A stretch of DNA of 63,634 bases, the filler included, from Thermodesulfobacteriota bacterium (lineage in GTDB: Bacteria; DASVDK01): NCBI GenBank assembly GCA_036381125.1. It is 7 parts of 7 records of this genome, joined end to end, with 100 filler letters (N's around TTAATTAATTAA, not from the genome) between each part and the next. Parts side by side here need not be neighbours in the genome. Positions count along the whole stretch, not along the records: positions 1 to 18,112 come from DASVDK010000109.1; 6 more parts are not named here. The stretch is one strand, 5' to 3'. Below are positions 1-10,894 of the stretch, piece after piece. The notes below the pieces were generated by a model, which was not told the DNA's origin, did no database searches, and was given only the letters and a program-made list of their open reading frames with translations. The position numbers and the translations under genes were made by a program. Positions within the stretch are counted from its first letter, which is position 1. Each line of letters begins with the position of its first letter.

Positions 1-35
1 GGAAAAAGTAAAGACCTGACCCCAGTCCTTATTCC
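1..35. repeat. REP-like repeat arm (GGAAAAAGTAAAGACCTGACCCCAGTCCTTATTCC), truncated by the window edge
   Basis: Near-identical to 3079-3114. The core AGACCTGACCCC also occurs inverted at 3037-3049 (one mismatch) and 42774-42785. Confidence 0.7.
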
Positions 36-48
36 TTACACGATACAC

Positions 49-492
49 ATGCTCACCACCGACCGCGTCTCCGGTCTCGTGCTCGTCGGGGTCGCCGCCG
101 TGGCCGCCGCCGGGACCCGCGCACTCCCCGTCGGCAGCCTCCGCGAGCCGGGGCCCGGGTTCCTGCCGCTCGTCCTGGCCGGCCTCCTCGCCCTCTTCGG
201 GCTGGTCGTCGCCTTCGCCGACCGCCGGTCGGGCGCGCTGCGCGCGCTCGAGTGGCCGGAGGCGCGACACGCGGTCGCCATCCTCGCCGCCTGCGCCTTC
301 GCCGCCTTCGCGCTCGAGCGTCTGGGCTACCGGGTGACGGTCTTCGTGATGGTCGCGGTCCTCGCCGGCGCCGTCGAGCGGCGCCGCCCGCTCGCCGCGC
401 TCGCCGTCGCGGCCGGCCTCTCCGCCGTCACCTACTTTGTCTTCGCCGACCTGCTCAAGGTGCCGCTTCCCCGCGGCCCGTTCGGGCTCTGA
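49..492 (+). CDS. tctB: Tripartite tricarboxylate transporter small membrane subunit TctB
   Basis: About 4 TM segments, GPGFLP motif, C-terminal LKVPLPRG; directly upstream of tctA. Confidence 0.85.
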   Translation: MLTTDRVSGLVLVGVAAVAAAGTRALPVGSLREPGPGFLPLVLAGLLALFGLVVAFADRRSGALRALEWPEARHAVAILAACAFAAFALERLGYRVTVFVMVAVLAGAVERRRPLAALAVAAGLSAVTYFVFADLLKVPLPRGPFGL

Positions 493-495
493 GCG

Positions 496-2043
496 GTGCT
501 CGAGACGCTGGGCGGCCTCGCGCACGGCTTCGGCGCGGCGCTCGAGCCCGGGCTCCTCGGCTACGCCTTCGCCGGCTGCATCGTCGGGACGCTGGTGGGG
601 GTGCTGCCCGGCGTCGGCCCGCTCGCCGGCATCAGCCTGCTGCTCCCGGTCACCTTCGGCCTCGACGCCACGCGCGCCATCGTGCTCCTCGCCGGCATCT
701 ACTACGGCTCGATGTACGGGGGCTCGACCACGTCGATCCTCATGCGGATCCCGGGCGAGGCGGCGTCGGTCATGACCTGCCTCGACGGCTACGCGATGAC
801 CAGGAAGGGCCGGGGCGGGGCGGCCCTGGCCGTCGCGGCGGTCGGCTCCTTCGTCGCCGGGACGCTCAGCGTCGTGGCCCTCATGCTGCTCGCGCCGCCG
901 CTCGCGGAGTTCGCCCTGCGCTTCGGGCCGCCCGAGTACACGGCGCTCCTCGTGCTGGGCCTCCTCGTGCTCGCCTTCATGAGCACCGGCTCGATGCCCA
1001 GGGCGCTCGCCATGGCGACCGTCGGCCTCCTGGCCGGCATGGTGGGCATCGACACGATGACCGGCTTCACCCGCTTCACCCTCGGGGTGGTGGAGCTGTC
1101 GGACGGGCTCGGCATCGTGCCGATCGCGGTCGGCCTGTTCGGCATCTCGGAGATCCTCCTCAGCGCGGGGCAGCCGACGCCGCCGGTCGTCGCCAGGCCC
1201 CGGTTGCGGGAGCTGCTCCCGTCGCGAGAGGAGTGGCGCCGCTCGGCGGCGCCGATCGGCCGCGGCACGCTGCTGGGGTTCCTGATCGGCGTGATCCCCG
1301 GGTCGGCCCACATCATCGCGTCGTTCGTCTCCTACGCCGTGGAGCGCCGGCTCTCGCGGCGCCGCGACGAGTTCGGCCGGGGGGCGATCGAGGGGGTCGC
1401 GGGCCCCGAGTCGGCCAACAACGCCGCCGCCTCCGGCGCCCTGGTGCCGATGCTCGCGCTCGGCGTCCCGTCCGGCCCCATCCCCGCGGTCATGCTGGCA
1501 GCCATCATGGTCCACGGGCTCCAGCCGGGCCCCATGCTGATCCAGCAGTCGCCCGACCTCTTCTGGGGGTTCATCGCGAGCATGTACGTCGGCAACGTCG
1601 TGCTGCTCGTCCTGAACCTCCCCATGGTCGGCCTCTTCGTCAACCTCCTGCGGATCCCCTATCGCTGGCTGTACCCGGCGATCCTCGTCTTCTGCGTGCT
1701 CGGCGTCTACGCGGTGAACGGCAGCGTCGTGGACGTCTGGATCATGACGGCGGCCGGCGCGGCCGGCTATCTCCTCCGCAAGTTCGCCTTCGAGCCGGCG
1801 CCGATCGTGCTCGGCCTCGTGCTCGCGCCGACGCTCGAGATGAGCTTCCGGCAGTCGCTCGCGCTGTCGGGCGGCGACTACACGGTCTTCGTCACGCGGC
1901 CGATCGCGGCCGCCATGCTGGCCTTCGCGGTCGTCCTCCTCGTCCTCGGCGCCCTGCCGGCCCTGGCGCGCGGGGGAGCCGTGCGGGCCCGCCTCGGCCT
2001 TGCCAATGCATCCGCTACCACTCCGGAGGACACGAACCGATGA
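496..2043 (+). CDS. tctA: Tripartite tricarboxylate transporter large permease TctA
   Basis: GTLVGVLPGVG, YYGSMYGGSTTSIL..IPGE and GPESANNA motifs typical of TctA. Confidence 0.93.
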   Translation: MLETLGGLAHGFGAALEPGLLGYAFAGCIVGTLVGVLPGVGPLAGISLLLPVTFGLDATRAIVLLAGIYYGSMYGGSTTSILMRIPGEAASVMTCLDGYAMTRKGRGGAALAVAAVGSFVAGTLSVVALMLLAPPLAEFALRFGPPEYTALLVLGLLVLAFMSTGSMPRALAMATVGLLAGMVGIDTMTGFTRFTLGVVELSDGLGIVPIAVGLFGISEILLSAGQPTPPVVARPRLRELLPSREEWRRSAAPIGRGTLLGFLIGVIPGSAHIIASFVSYAVERRLSRRRDEFGRGAIEGVAGPESANNAAASGALVPMLALGVPSGPIPAVMLAAIMVHGLQPGPMLIQQSPDLFWGFIASMYVGNVVLLVLNLPMVGLFVNLLRIPYRWLYPAILVFCVLGVYAVNGSVVDVWIMTAAGAAGYLLRKFAFEPAPIVLGLVLAPTLEMSFRQSLALSGGDYTVFVTRPIAAAMLAFAVVLLVLGALPALARGGAVRARLGLANASATTPEDTNR

Positions 2044-3029
2044 TCACTCGCCGATCGATCGTCGTCTGCCTGACTCTGGCCGCGCTCGGCCTGCCCGGGG
2101 CGAGCGCCGCGCAGGAGCCGTACCCGAGTCGCCCCATCACGATCGTCGTCCCCTTCCCGCCCGGCGGCCAGGCCGACCTCAACGCGCGCCCGGCCGCGGC
2201 CGCGCTCGAGAAGGTGCTCAGGAACCCGGTCGGCGTCGTGAACCGGACCGGCGCCGCCGGAGCCGTGGGGATGGCCTCGGTCGCCAACGCGAAGCCCGAC
2301 GGCTACACGCTGCTACTCGCGCTCTCGTCGATCTCGATCATCCCGGAGGCCGACAAGCTCTTCGACCGCAAGCCCGCGTACACGATGGACCAGCTCGCGC
2401 CCATCGCCCTCCTGTCGGCCGACCCGACGATCCTCGTCGTCCCGGCCGATCGCCCCTGGAAGTCGGTGAAGGACCTCGTCGAGGACGCGAAGCGGCGCCC
2501 GGGGCAGATCGCCTTCTCGTCGTCCGGCGTCTACGGGACGCTGCACCTCGCCATGGAGATGTTCGCCCACGCGGCGGGCATCACGTTCAAGCACATCCCC
2601 TACAGCGGCGCCGGCCCTGCCCTCACGGCGATCCTGGGCGGCCAGGTGGACCTCCTCGCCTCGGGTCCGGCCGTGGTCGTGCCCCACATCAAGTCGGGGA
2701 AGCTCAGGGCCCTGGCCGGCTGGGGCGCGAAGCGCGTCGCCGCGCTCCCCGACGTGCCGACCTTCAAGGAGCTGGGGTACCCCGACGTGGAGTTCTACAT
2801 CTGGGCGGGGCTCTTCGCGCCGGCGGGGACGCCGGAGCCGATCCTGACGACGCTCAGGGGAGCCGTGCGGCAGGCGGTACAGGACCCCGACTACAAGGCG
2901 GCCATGGCGAAGCTCGCGACGCCGATCAGCTACCTCGACGCGCCCGAGTTCAAGGCGTTCTGGGACAAGGACGCGCGGATGCTGGCCGAGGCGGTGCGGC
3001 GCGTCGGGCGGATCGAAGGGGCGAAATGA
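2040..3029 (+). CDS. tctC: Tripartite tricarboxylate transporter substrate-binding protein (Bug/TctC)
   Basis: ATG at 2040 overlaps the tctA stop (ATGA). Signal peptide, then YPSRPITIVVPFPPGG, AKPDGYTL, HIPYSG. Confidence 0.92.
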   Translation: MITRRSIVVCLTLAALGLPGASAAQEPYPSRPITIVVPFPPGGQADLNARPAAAALEKVLRNPVGVVNRTGAAGAVGMASVANAKPDGYTLLLALSSISIIPEADKLFDRKPAYTMDQLAPIALLSADPTILVVPADRPWKSVKDLVEDAKRRPGQIAFSSSGVYGTLHLAMEMFAHAAGITFKHIPYSGAGPALTAILGGQVDLLASGPAVVVPHIKSGKLRALAGWGAKRVAALPDVPTFKELGYPDVEFYIWAGLFAPAGTPEPILTTLRGAVRQAVQDPDYKAAMAKLATPISYLDAPEFKAFWDKDARMLAEAVRRVGRIEGAK

Positions 3030-3036
3030 GATGGCC

Positions 3037-3114
3037 GGGGGTCGGGTCTCGAGTTTTTCCGCGCCGGCCGAGCGCGCCGGGAAAACGTAAAGACCTGACC
3101 CCCGTCCTTATTCC
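3037..3114. repeat. REP/REPIN-like inverted-repeat element between convergent genes
   Basis: GGGGGTCGGGTCT (3037-3049) pairs with AGACCTGACCCCC (3091-3103); inner TTTTCC/GGAAAA also pair. Confidence 0.7.
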
Positions 3115-3539
3115 CTCTTCTCCTCCAACGCCTCGCGCACCTCGTTGAGCCCGGCCACGATCGCCTCGCCGGCCAGGCGCATGCCGCGCATGAAGCCCTC
3201 GAGGTTCGCGCGAAACGCATCGAACTCGAGCCCCTCGCGGCCGAGGAGCGCCACCTGCGTGAGCTTGATGGACCCGCCAGGCTCGACGCCGACGCGCGCG
3301 CCGAGGAGGCCGGCCTCGGCGTTGAGGGCGAGGAGGCGCTGGTAGAACGGCTCGGCGTGCACGCCCGGCGCCTGTCCGAGGGCGGCCGACAGGAGCAGGG
3401 TCGAGCCGAAGTGGTAGACGTACACCGGGCAGGGACCGACCGGGAAGGTCCAGCACTCCCCTTGCGTCACCCCCTCGACCGGCGTCGCGGGAAGGTTCAG
3501 GCGCGGGAAGTACCCTCCGAGCAGCGACTCGGTCCCCAT
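3108..3539 (-). CDS. CesT/YbjN-like (type III chaperone fold) protein
   Basis: 143 aa with a FYQRLLALNA helix and a C-terminal amphipathic helix (FDAFRANLEGF); GGAG SD upstream. Confidence 0.6.
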   Translation of the reverse strand: MGTESLLGGYFPRLNLPATPVEGVTQGECWTFPVGPCPVYVYHFGSTLLLSAALGQAPGVHAEPFYQRLLALNAEAGLLGARVGVEPGGSIKLTQVALLGREGLEFDAFRANLEGFMRGMRLAGEAIVAGLNEVREALEEKRE

Positions 3540-3596
3540 GGCTCCTCCGGGCTGAAGGTGTAAAGGTGGAGTATAGCGCCTCCGGCCGGGGCCCCG

Positions 3597-4637
3597 TCAG
3601 GCGGGTCGCCCCTCACGGTAGGGGTCGAAGTCCCCGCCGGCCCGCTCGCTGATCGTCAGGCGCCCGGCCAGGGCGTCGAGGAACCGCGACGCCGGGATCC
3701 GGGAGACGAGCCGGCGGCCGTCGGGCCCGATCGGATGGAGGCTCGGCGTGATGTCGCGGACGTCGTCGGCGTACCAGCGCGCGGCCACGGCCCCGCCGGG
3801 GGTGTGGTCCACCTCGAGGCGGTCGAGGACCGGGACGAGGGGGACCAGGTCGACGCGCGGGCGAGGCCGCCGGCTCGCCAGGCGGACCCAGGTCTCGTAG
3901 CGGAGGCTGACCCCCTCCACCGCCCCGCCGGTGAGCCAGAGGACCCGCGTGCGCGGCGTCCGCGGGTAGACGGCCGCGCGCGGCAGGGGGGCGAGGCCGG
4001 CGTCCCGATCGACCACCGCGAGGTCGAGGTCCGGCCGGTCGTCGATCCGGGCGCGCCCCCGCTCGAACGCCCGCATGCCGGCCTCGACCGCCGCGAACGG
4101 CTCCTCCCAGAGCGCCCGGACCTCGGGCGCATCGGGCGCCTCGAGCCAGGCCGGCAGCCGCGCGAGGACCGCCTCGTACCGCCCCGCGACCCGATCCGGG
4201 TAGGGGCGCGTCGCCTCCGAGACGCCGAGCGGCGAGCGCGCGGGGTCGGTGAACGCCGAGATGGCGAGCGCGACCTTGAGCGCCGAGGGGTCGCGCCAGA
4301 CGAGGAAGTCCCCGGCCGTGGCGGCCGCGACGACGAGGTCGCGCCGCGCGAGCGCCGCCTCCGGCGCGACGAGCGCCAGGAGGGCCAGGGCGCCGTCCTC
4401 GTCGAAGTGGTTGTTCGTGACCGAGCGGGCGCCGGCGGCGAGGCGGTCCCGCTCCCGCGGCGGGAGGTCGAGGAACCGGAGGGCGATCTCGGCGCTCGTG
4501 TCGGCGCCGAGCCCGGCCGGCGTCGGCGTGCCGGGCCAGTGCGAGAGGGTGAGCGTCGTGCCGGGCTGCGGCGCGCCGTCGGCCACCACGTGCGGGCGGC
4601 CGGCACAGGCGCCGTAGGGGACGAACGCGAAGCGCAT
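3597..4637 (-). CDS. Conserved hypothetical protein (DUF6687-like, DHH-hydrolase-like motifs)
   Basis: LTLSHWP, DTSAEI, TNNHFDEDG and AGDF motifs; TATACT -10 box 5 nt before the ATG. Confidence 0.6.
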   Translation of the reverse strand: MRFAFVPYGACAGRPHVVADGAPQPGTTLTLSHWPGTPTPAGLGADTSAEIALRFLDLPPRERDRLAAGARSVTNNHFDEDGALALLALVAPEAALARRDLVVAAATAGDFLVWRDPSALKVALAISAFTDPARSPLGVSEATRPYPDRVAGRYEAVLARLPAWLEAPDAPEVRALWEEPFAAVEAGMRAFERGRARIDDRPDLDLAVVDRDAGLAPLPRAAVYPRTPRTRVLWLTGGAVEGVSLRYETWVRLASRRPRPRVDLVPLVPVLDRLEVDHTPGGAVAARWYADDVRDITPSLHPIGPDGRRLVSRIPASRFLDALAGRLTISERAGGDFDPYREGRPA

Positions 4638-4655
4638 GATCGAGTATAGCGGCGA

Positions 4656-5372
4656 TCAGAGGCCGAGGTAGGCGCGCCGGACCTCGGGGCTCTCGGCCAG
4701 CTCGGCGGCGGGGCCGGCCATGACGACCCGGCCCGTCTCGAGGACGTACGCGCGGTCGGCGATCCGGAGCGCCTGCCGGGCGTTCTGCTCGACGAGCAGC
4801 ACCGCCGTCCCCTCCGCGCGGATGCGCGAGACCAGCTCGAAGATCTCCGCGACGACGAGCGGCGCGAGCCCCGTGGACGGCTCGTCGAGGAGGAGCAGCT
4901 TCGGCCGCGCCATCAACGCGCGGCCGATGGCGAGCATCTGCTGCTCGCCGCCCGAGAGGGTGCCGGCGAGCTGCCGGGCGCGCTGGCGCAGCACGGGGAA
5001 GCGCGCGAGGGTCGCCTCGAGGTCCCGCGCGGCGCCGTCGCGGTCGCGCCGCGTGTAGGCGCCGAGGGCGAGGTTCTCGGCCACGGTGAGCCGCGTGAGG
5101 ATCGCCCGGCCCTCGGGCACCTGCACGACCCCGGCCCGCACGATCTCGTCGGCTCGACGGCCGGCGAGCGAGCGTCCCTCGAAGCGGACCGTGCCGGCGC
5201 GCGGCGCGAGGAGCCCGGAGATGGCGGCGAGCGTCGTCGTCTTGCCGGCGCCGTTGGCGCCGATCACGGCCACGATCTCCCCCGGCCGCACCTCGAGGTC
5301 GACCCCCTTCACCGCCGGGATCGTCCCGTACGCGACCTCGAGGCCGCGGACCTCGAGCAGCGGCTCGTTCAC
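4656..5372 (-). CDS. livF: Branched-chain amino acid ABC transporter ATPase (LivF-type)
   Basis: GANGAGKT, VPEGR, LSGGEQQMLAIGR, LLLDEPS. Alternative start at 5396. Confidence 0.92.
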   Translation of the reverse strand: MNEPLLEVRGLEVAYGTIPAVKGVDLEVRPGEIVAVIGANGAGKTTTLAAISGLLAPRAGTVRFEGRSLAGRRADEIVRAGVVQVPEGRAILTRLTVAENLALGAYTRRDRDGAARDLEATLARFPVLRQRARQLAGTLSGGEQQMLAIGRALMARPKLLLLDEPSTGLAPLVVAEIFELVSRIRAEGTAVLLVEQNARQALRIADRAYVLETGRVVMAGPAAELAESPEVRRAYLGL

Positions 5373-5392
5373 CCCCTCGCCTCCGGGGCCTC

Positions 5393-6162
<770 letters not shown>

Positions 6163-6166
<4 letters not shown>

Positions 6167-7026
6167 GGCTTGGCGCCTCGTCGCAGCATCCGGCGCACCA
6201 CGTCGGGCACCTCGAGGAGGCCGTTCGGCAGGTAGACGATGACGAGGAAGAGCACGAGCCCGGTCACCATCCCCCGGAAGTCGGCGAGGAACCGGAGCAG
6301 CTCCGGCAGGAGCGTGAGGATGGTCGAGCCGAGGATCGGGCCCCAGTAGGAGCCGGTGCCGCCGAGGACCGCGAAGGCGAGGATGTCCACGGCGGGGCCG
6401 AACCCGTACTCGCGGGGGGAGATGAAGAAGGTGAAGTGCGCGTTGAAGCCGCCGGCGAGGCCGGCCAGCATCGCGCCCAGGACGAAGACGAGGTTCTTGT
6501 GGTAGACGACGTCGATCCCCATCACGCGGGCGGCGACCTCGTCCTCCCGGATGGCGTCGAGCGTGCGGCCGAGCCGCGAGCGCCTGAGCCGCTCGAAGAA
6601 GTAGATCAGCGCCGCGCAGGCGAGGACGAGGTGCCACAGCTCGGTCTTCGGCGGGATGCCGTTGAGGCCCATGGCGCCGCCCGTCACCTCGAGGTTGAGG
6701 AAGACGACGCGGATCACCTCGCCGAAGGCCAGCGTGGCGAGCGCCAGGTAGACGCCGGACAGCCTGAGCACCGGCAGCCCGATCGCGAGGCCGACCAGGC
6801 CGGCCGCGGCGCTGCCGGCCGCGAGGCAGACGGGGAACGGCAGGTCGAGCTTCATGGTGAGGAGCGCCGAGGTGTAGGCGCCGATGCCGGCGAAGGCGGC
6901 GTTGCCCACCGAGAGGAGGCCGGTGTTGAGCGTGATGTAGATGCTCAGCGCGAGGATGGCGTGCGTGAAGAGGAGGTAGACGAGGGTGTTGTACGTCTGC
7001 CAGAAGGCGGCGAGCCACTCCACCAC
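6163..7026 (-). CDS. livM: Branched-chain amino acid ABC transporter permease (LivM-type)
   Basis: RLSGVYLALATLAFGE, AIREDE, LPELLR motifs. Confidence 0.9.
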
Positions 7027-7040
7027 GGCCGGCCCCTCCC

Positions 7041-7922
7041 CTACGCCTTGCGCGCCTGCCGCCGCCCGAAGAGCCCCTGCGGCCGGACGACCAGGATCAG
7101 GAAGAGCAGCCCGAAGGCGATCGCGTCCCTGAGGTCCGACGACAGGTAGGCGACCGACAGCACCTCGACCAGGCCCAGCAGGACGCCGCCCACCATGGCC
7201 CCCTTCGGGTCGCCCATCCCGCCGAGGATGACGACGGCGATCCCCTTCAGCAGGATCGGCTCCCCCATGAACGGCGAGATGGCGTTGAAGGAGAGCCCGA
7301 TCAGCACGCCGGCGGCCCCGCCGAGCGCGCCGGTCACGGCGGCCGTCAGCAGGTAGATCCGCTCGACGTCGATGCCGAGGAGCGCCGCCGCCCGCGGGCT
7401 CTCCGCCACGGCCCGGACGGCGGTGCCGAGCCGCGTGCGGCCCAGGAGCAGGAGCAGGGCCACCATGAGCGCCGCGGCGATGGCGACGATGACGAGCTGG
7501 AGCTGGGTGACCTGGAAGGGCCCGACCTCGAAGATGCGGATCGGGACGAGCCCGATGGGGAAGCGCGACACCTGCGCGCCGAAGAGCCCCTGGGCCAGGC
7601 TCGTGAGGAAGATCGTGAGCCCGATCGTCGCGATCATCGGGGCGAGGTGCGGCGCCTTGCGCGCGCGCAGCGGCGCGAGCGCGAGGCGATCGATCAGGAC
7701 GCCGAGGATCGCCGCGCCCGCGACGGCGAGCGCCATGGCCGGATAGATGCCGATGCCGAGCGCAGTGACGGCCGCCAGGGCGAAGAAGGCGCCGAACATG
7801 GCGATGGCGCCCTGGGAGAGGTTGATGACCTCGAGGACGCCGAAGACCAGGGTGAAGCCGAGGGCGAACAGCGCGTAGACGCTCCCGAGGGCGATGCCGT
7901 TGGCAAGTTGCTGTGCGAGCAT
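7041..7922 (-). CDS. livH: Branched-chain amino acid ABC transporter permease (LivH-type)
   Basis: QQLANGIALGSVYAL.ALGFTLVFGVL..IN; RPQGLFG C-terminus. Confidence 0.92.
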   Translation of the reverse strand: MLAQQLANGIALGSVYALFALGFTLVFGVLEVINLSQGAIAMFGAFFALAAVTALGIGIYPAMALAVAGAAILGVLIDRLALAPLRARKAPHLAPMIATIGLTIFLTSLAQGLFGAQVSRFPIGLVPIRIFEVGPFQVTQLQLVIVAIAAALMVALLLLLGRTRLGTAVRAVAESPRAAALLGIDVERIYLLTAAVTGALGGAAGVLIGLSFNAISPFMGEPILLKGIAVVILGGMGDPKGAMVGGVLLGLVEVLSVAYLSSDLRDAIAFGLLFLILVVRPQGLFGRRQARKA

Positions 7923-7992
7923 GTCCCGAGGGGGGCGGGCACCCGCCCCCCTGCACCCCCTTTCGCTCGGGTCCGGCCTCGCGGAGCCCGGC

Positions 7993-9132
7993 TCAGTCGG
8001 TGAAGAGCGTGAACTTGCCGCCCTTCACGATGAAGACCTTGCCGTCCTGCTTCGCGTCCCGGTTGGGCTTGAACTCGAAGGGGCCGGTGGCGCCGACGAA
8101 GCCCTTGAGGTTCAGGAGCGCCTCGCGGACCTTCTCGCGATCGGACGTGGTCCTGGCCCGCTCGATGGCGGCGGCCACGATGTGGAGGCCGTCGTACGCC
8201 TGGGCCGCGAACTGGTCGGGCGGCTGGCCGTAGGCCTCGGTGTAGGCCTTCACGAAGGCGACGTTCTTCGGGCTCCTGTCCTCGATCGACCAGGGGCCGC
8301 CGACGAACGTCCCCTCGGCCGCCTTGCCGGCGATCTCGAAGAGCTTCGGGTTGTTGAACCCGTTGCCGCCGATGAAGGGGACCGAGTCGGGGATGCCGAG
8401 CTGGCGAGCCTGCAGCATGATGTTGGCCGCCTCCTCGGCGAGGGCCGAGACGACGATGGCGTCGGGCTCGAGCGACCGGATCTTCGTGAGCTGGGCCGAG
8501 AAGTCGACGTCGCCCTTGGCGAAGGTCTCGGTCGTGAGGACCTCGATCTTGTTGTCGGCCAGCGCCTGCCTGAACACCTCGTAGCCCGACTTGGTGAAGG
8601 CGTCGTCGTTGCCGTACATGACGGCCACCTTCTTCATGCCGCGCTTCTCCTTCACCGTGCGGATCACCACCGGCAGGATGTCCGCCTCGGTGATGGAGTT
8701 GCGGAAGATGTACGGGCCGATGTCGGTGATGCCCGACGCGGTGTTCGAGACGCCGAGGACCGGCACCTTGGCCGCGTTGGCGATGGGATCGGCGGCGAAG
8801 GCCGAGTTGGACAGGGTGGGGCCGACGATGGCGAGCACCTTGTCCTGGAAGATGAGCTTCTTGAAGACGTTGATGCCCTCTTCCTTCTTCCCCTGCTCGT
8901 CCTCGATGACCAGCACGAGCTTCTCGCCGTTGATGCCGCCCCGGGCGTTGATCTCCCTGGCGGCCAACTGGACGCCGTTGCGCTGCGGGGTGCCGTAGAC
9001 GGCGATGGGACCGGAGAGGGCGAAGGCGATGCCGACCTTCACGTCGGCGGCGGCAGGCCGGGCGGCGAGCGGCCCGACCAGGGCCGCCGCGGCGACGGCC
9101 GCGGCCGAGAACCAGGCAACCAGGCGCGTCAT
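7993..9132 (-). CDS. livK: ABC transporter substrate-binding protein (LivJ/K family)
   Basis: Signal peptide, VKVGIAFALSGP, INARGGING, GPTLS, DFSAQLTKI. Confidence 0.9.
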   Translation of the reverse strand: MTRLVAWFSAAAVAAAALVGPLAARPAAADVKVGIAFALSGPIAVYGTPQRNGVQLAAREINARGGINGEKLVLVIEDEQGKKEEGINVFKKLIFQDKVLAIVGPTLSNSAFAADPIANAAKVPVLGVSNTASGITDIGPYIFRNSITEADILPVVIRTVKEKRGMKKVAVMYGNDDAFTKSGYEVFRQALADNKIEVLTTETFAKGDVDFSAQLTKIRSLEPDAIVVSALAEEAANIMLQARQLGIPDSVPFIGGNGFNNPKLFEIAGKAAEGTFVGGPWSIEDRSPKNVAFVKAYTEAYGQPPDQFAAQAYDGLHIVAAAIERARTTSDREKVREALLNLKGFVGATGPFEFKPNRDAKQDGKVFIVKGGKFTLFTD

Positions 9133-9308
9133 GGTTCGCTGTCTCCAGGAGTGTTCGTGTCGGGTGAAAACCGCGTTACGATAGCATGACCCGGACAGGC
9201 GACGCCACGCCGCACGACGCCGCCCCTGGCCGGCCCGGGCGGCGAGCGCCCGGCGGCCGGGCGGCCGCGCGCTGGCCGCGCCGCGGCCGAGCCTGTAGAA
9301 TGCCCGCC

Positions 9309-10304
9309 ATGCCGAACCCGGGCCAGCCCAACCGGATCGAGCTCCACCGGCACCTCGACGGGAGCATCCCGGTCGACCTCATGTATCGGCTGCTCGAGGA
9401 CAACGACGTCCGCCCCATCCCGAGCAGGGACGAGTTCCGCTCGATGGTCGTCGCGCCGGAGCACCCGCGCACGCTCCTCGAGTACCTCGATCGCTTCCAC
9501 TACCCCCTCTGGGTCACGCAGTTCTACGAGAACATCGAGGCGGTGACCGAGGCGATCGTGGCCCAGGCCGCCGCGGAAGGGGTCGCGACGCTCGAACTCC
9601 GCTACGCGCCGACGATCCATACCTTCGCCGGCCTCACGATGCGGCAGGCGGTACGGGCCGTCCTCGACGGCCTCAACGCCGGTCAGCGCACCTACGGCGT
9701 GCGCTGCGGGCTGATCCTCATCGCCATGCGGCAGCAGGGGCCCCACATCGCGAAGATCGTCGCGCGCCAGGCCATTTCCGACGCCCAGCAGTTCCACGAG
9801 GGGGTCGGCGTCATCGGCCTGGACATCGCGGGGCCCGAGCACGGCTTCCCGCCCCGCCTCTTCCGCGAGGCGTACCGGCTCGCCGAGGCGGCCGGCCTCG
9901 GCCTCACGGCCCATGCCGGCGAGTCGGGGGGGCCCGAGTACGTCTGGGAGGCGATCGACGACCTCGGCGTCACCCGCGTGGGCCACGGCTACGCGGCCAT
10001 ACGCGACAAGGCGCTCGTGCGGCGCCTCGCGCGCGATCAGATCTGCCTCGAGGTCTGTTACACGTCGTCCATCCAGACCGGCTCCGCCACGGCCGAGACG
10101 CACCCGGTGCTCGAGTTCCTCGAGGCCGGCGTCCCCATCGCCATCTGCTGCGACAACACCACCGTCTCGAACACGAGCCTTCCGGAGGAGGAGCGTCGGC
10201 TCGCGACGCTGGGGCTGCCGGCCGACGCCTTCGGCGCCATTCACGCCGCGGCCCGGCGCCGCTTCTCCTTCCTGCGCGACGGTCTCCCCGGCCGGAGCGC
10301 CTGA
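9309..10304 (+). CDS. add: Adenosine deaminase family protein
   Basis: ELHRHLDGS, GLDIAGPE, TAHAGE, RVGHG, LEVC motifs; TAGAAT 7 nt upstream. Confidence 0.85.
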   Translation: MPNPGQPNRIELHRHLDGSIPVDLMYRLLEDNDVRPIPSRDEFRSMVVAPEHPRTLLEYLDRFHYPLWVTQFYENIEAVTEAIVAQAAAEGVATLELRYAPTIHTFAGLTMRQAVRAVLDGLNAGQRTYGVRCGLILIAMRQQGPHIAKIVARQAISDAQQFHEGVGVIGLDIAGPEHGFPPRLFREAYRLAEAAGLGLTAHAGESGGPEYVWEAIDDLGVTRVGHGYAAIRDKALVRRLARDQICLEVCYTSSIQTGSATAETHPVLEFLEAGVPIAICCDNTTVSNTSLPEEERRLATLGLPADAFGAIHAAARRRFSFLRDGLPGRSA

Positions 10305-10417
10305 CCGGGGCCGGCAGCCGTCGCGCGCGCCGATCCCGAGGGCCCGGCCGGGAGTCGGGCCGCACACGCCCCGGGGGAACGGCCGCGTCGCGCCCCCGGA
10401 GGAGAGGAGGTCGCGCG

Positions 10418-10861
10418 ATGCGGGACGTCTTCCGCCGGTTCGCCCACCAGGCGTCGCTGCTCGTCGGATCACCCTGGGCCTTCCTGCTCGCGGTGGTCAC
10501 CCTCGTGATCTGGGCGGTCACCGGCCCGGCCTTCGGCTACTCGGACGCGTGGCAGCTCGTCATCAACACCGGCACGACCATCGTCACCTTCCTCATGGTC
10601 TTCCTCATCCAGAGCACGCAGAACCGGGACGCGCGGGCCGTCCACCTCAAGCTCGACGAGCTGATCCGCGCCGTGAGGGGCGCCCGCACGAGCCTGGTCA
10701 ACCTCGAGGAGCTGACGGATCAGGAACTGGACGAGCTGCAGCGGGAGTTCGCCGCGCTGCACGACCGGCTCGCGCACAGGATCGGCCGCCAGGCCGCCGG
10801 CGCCTTCGCGGCGGAGCGGGAGCGCCGCGCGCGCGGTACCCATTCGGGAGGTACGCGCTAG
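10418..10861 (+). CDS. Low-affinity iron permease (Fet4-like) family protein
   Basis: WQLVINTGTTIVTFLMVFLIQSTQNRD...KLDELIRA signature. Confidence 0.9.
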   Translation: MRDVFRRFAHQASLLVGSPWAFLLAVVTLVIWAVTGPAFGYSDAWQLVINTGTTIVTFLMVFLIQSTQNRDARAVHLKLDELIRAVRGARTSLVNLEELTDQELDELQREFAALHDRLAHRIGRQAAGAFAAERERRARGTHSGGTR

Positions 10862-10894
10862 ACTGGCGGGATGTCGCTCTCACCTCGTACCGGC

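Noticed and set aside
252-3029. 925-aa ORF suggesting a long TctC fusion
   Set aside because: The real start is ATG 2040 with a signal peptide; the upstream part is an out-of-frame overlap with tctB/tctA.
3108-3539. Type III secretion system locus
   Set aside because: Only an isolated chaperone-fold gene; no T3SS apparatus genes are present.
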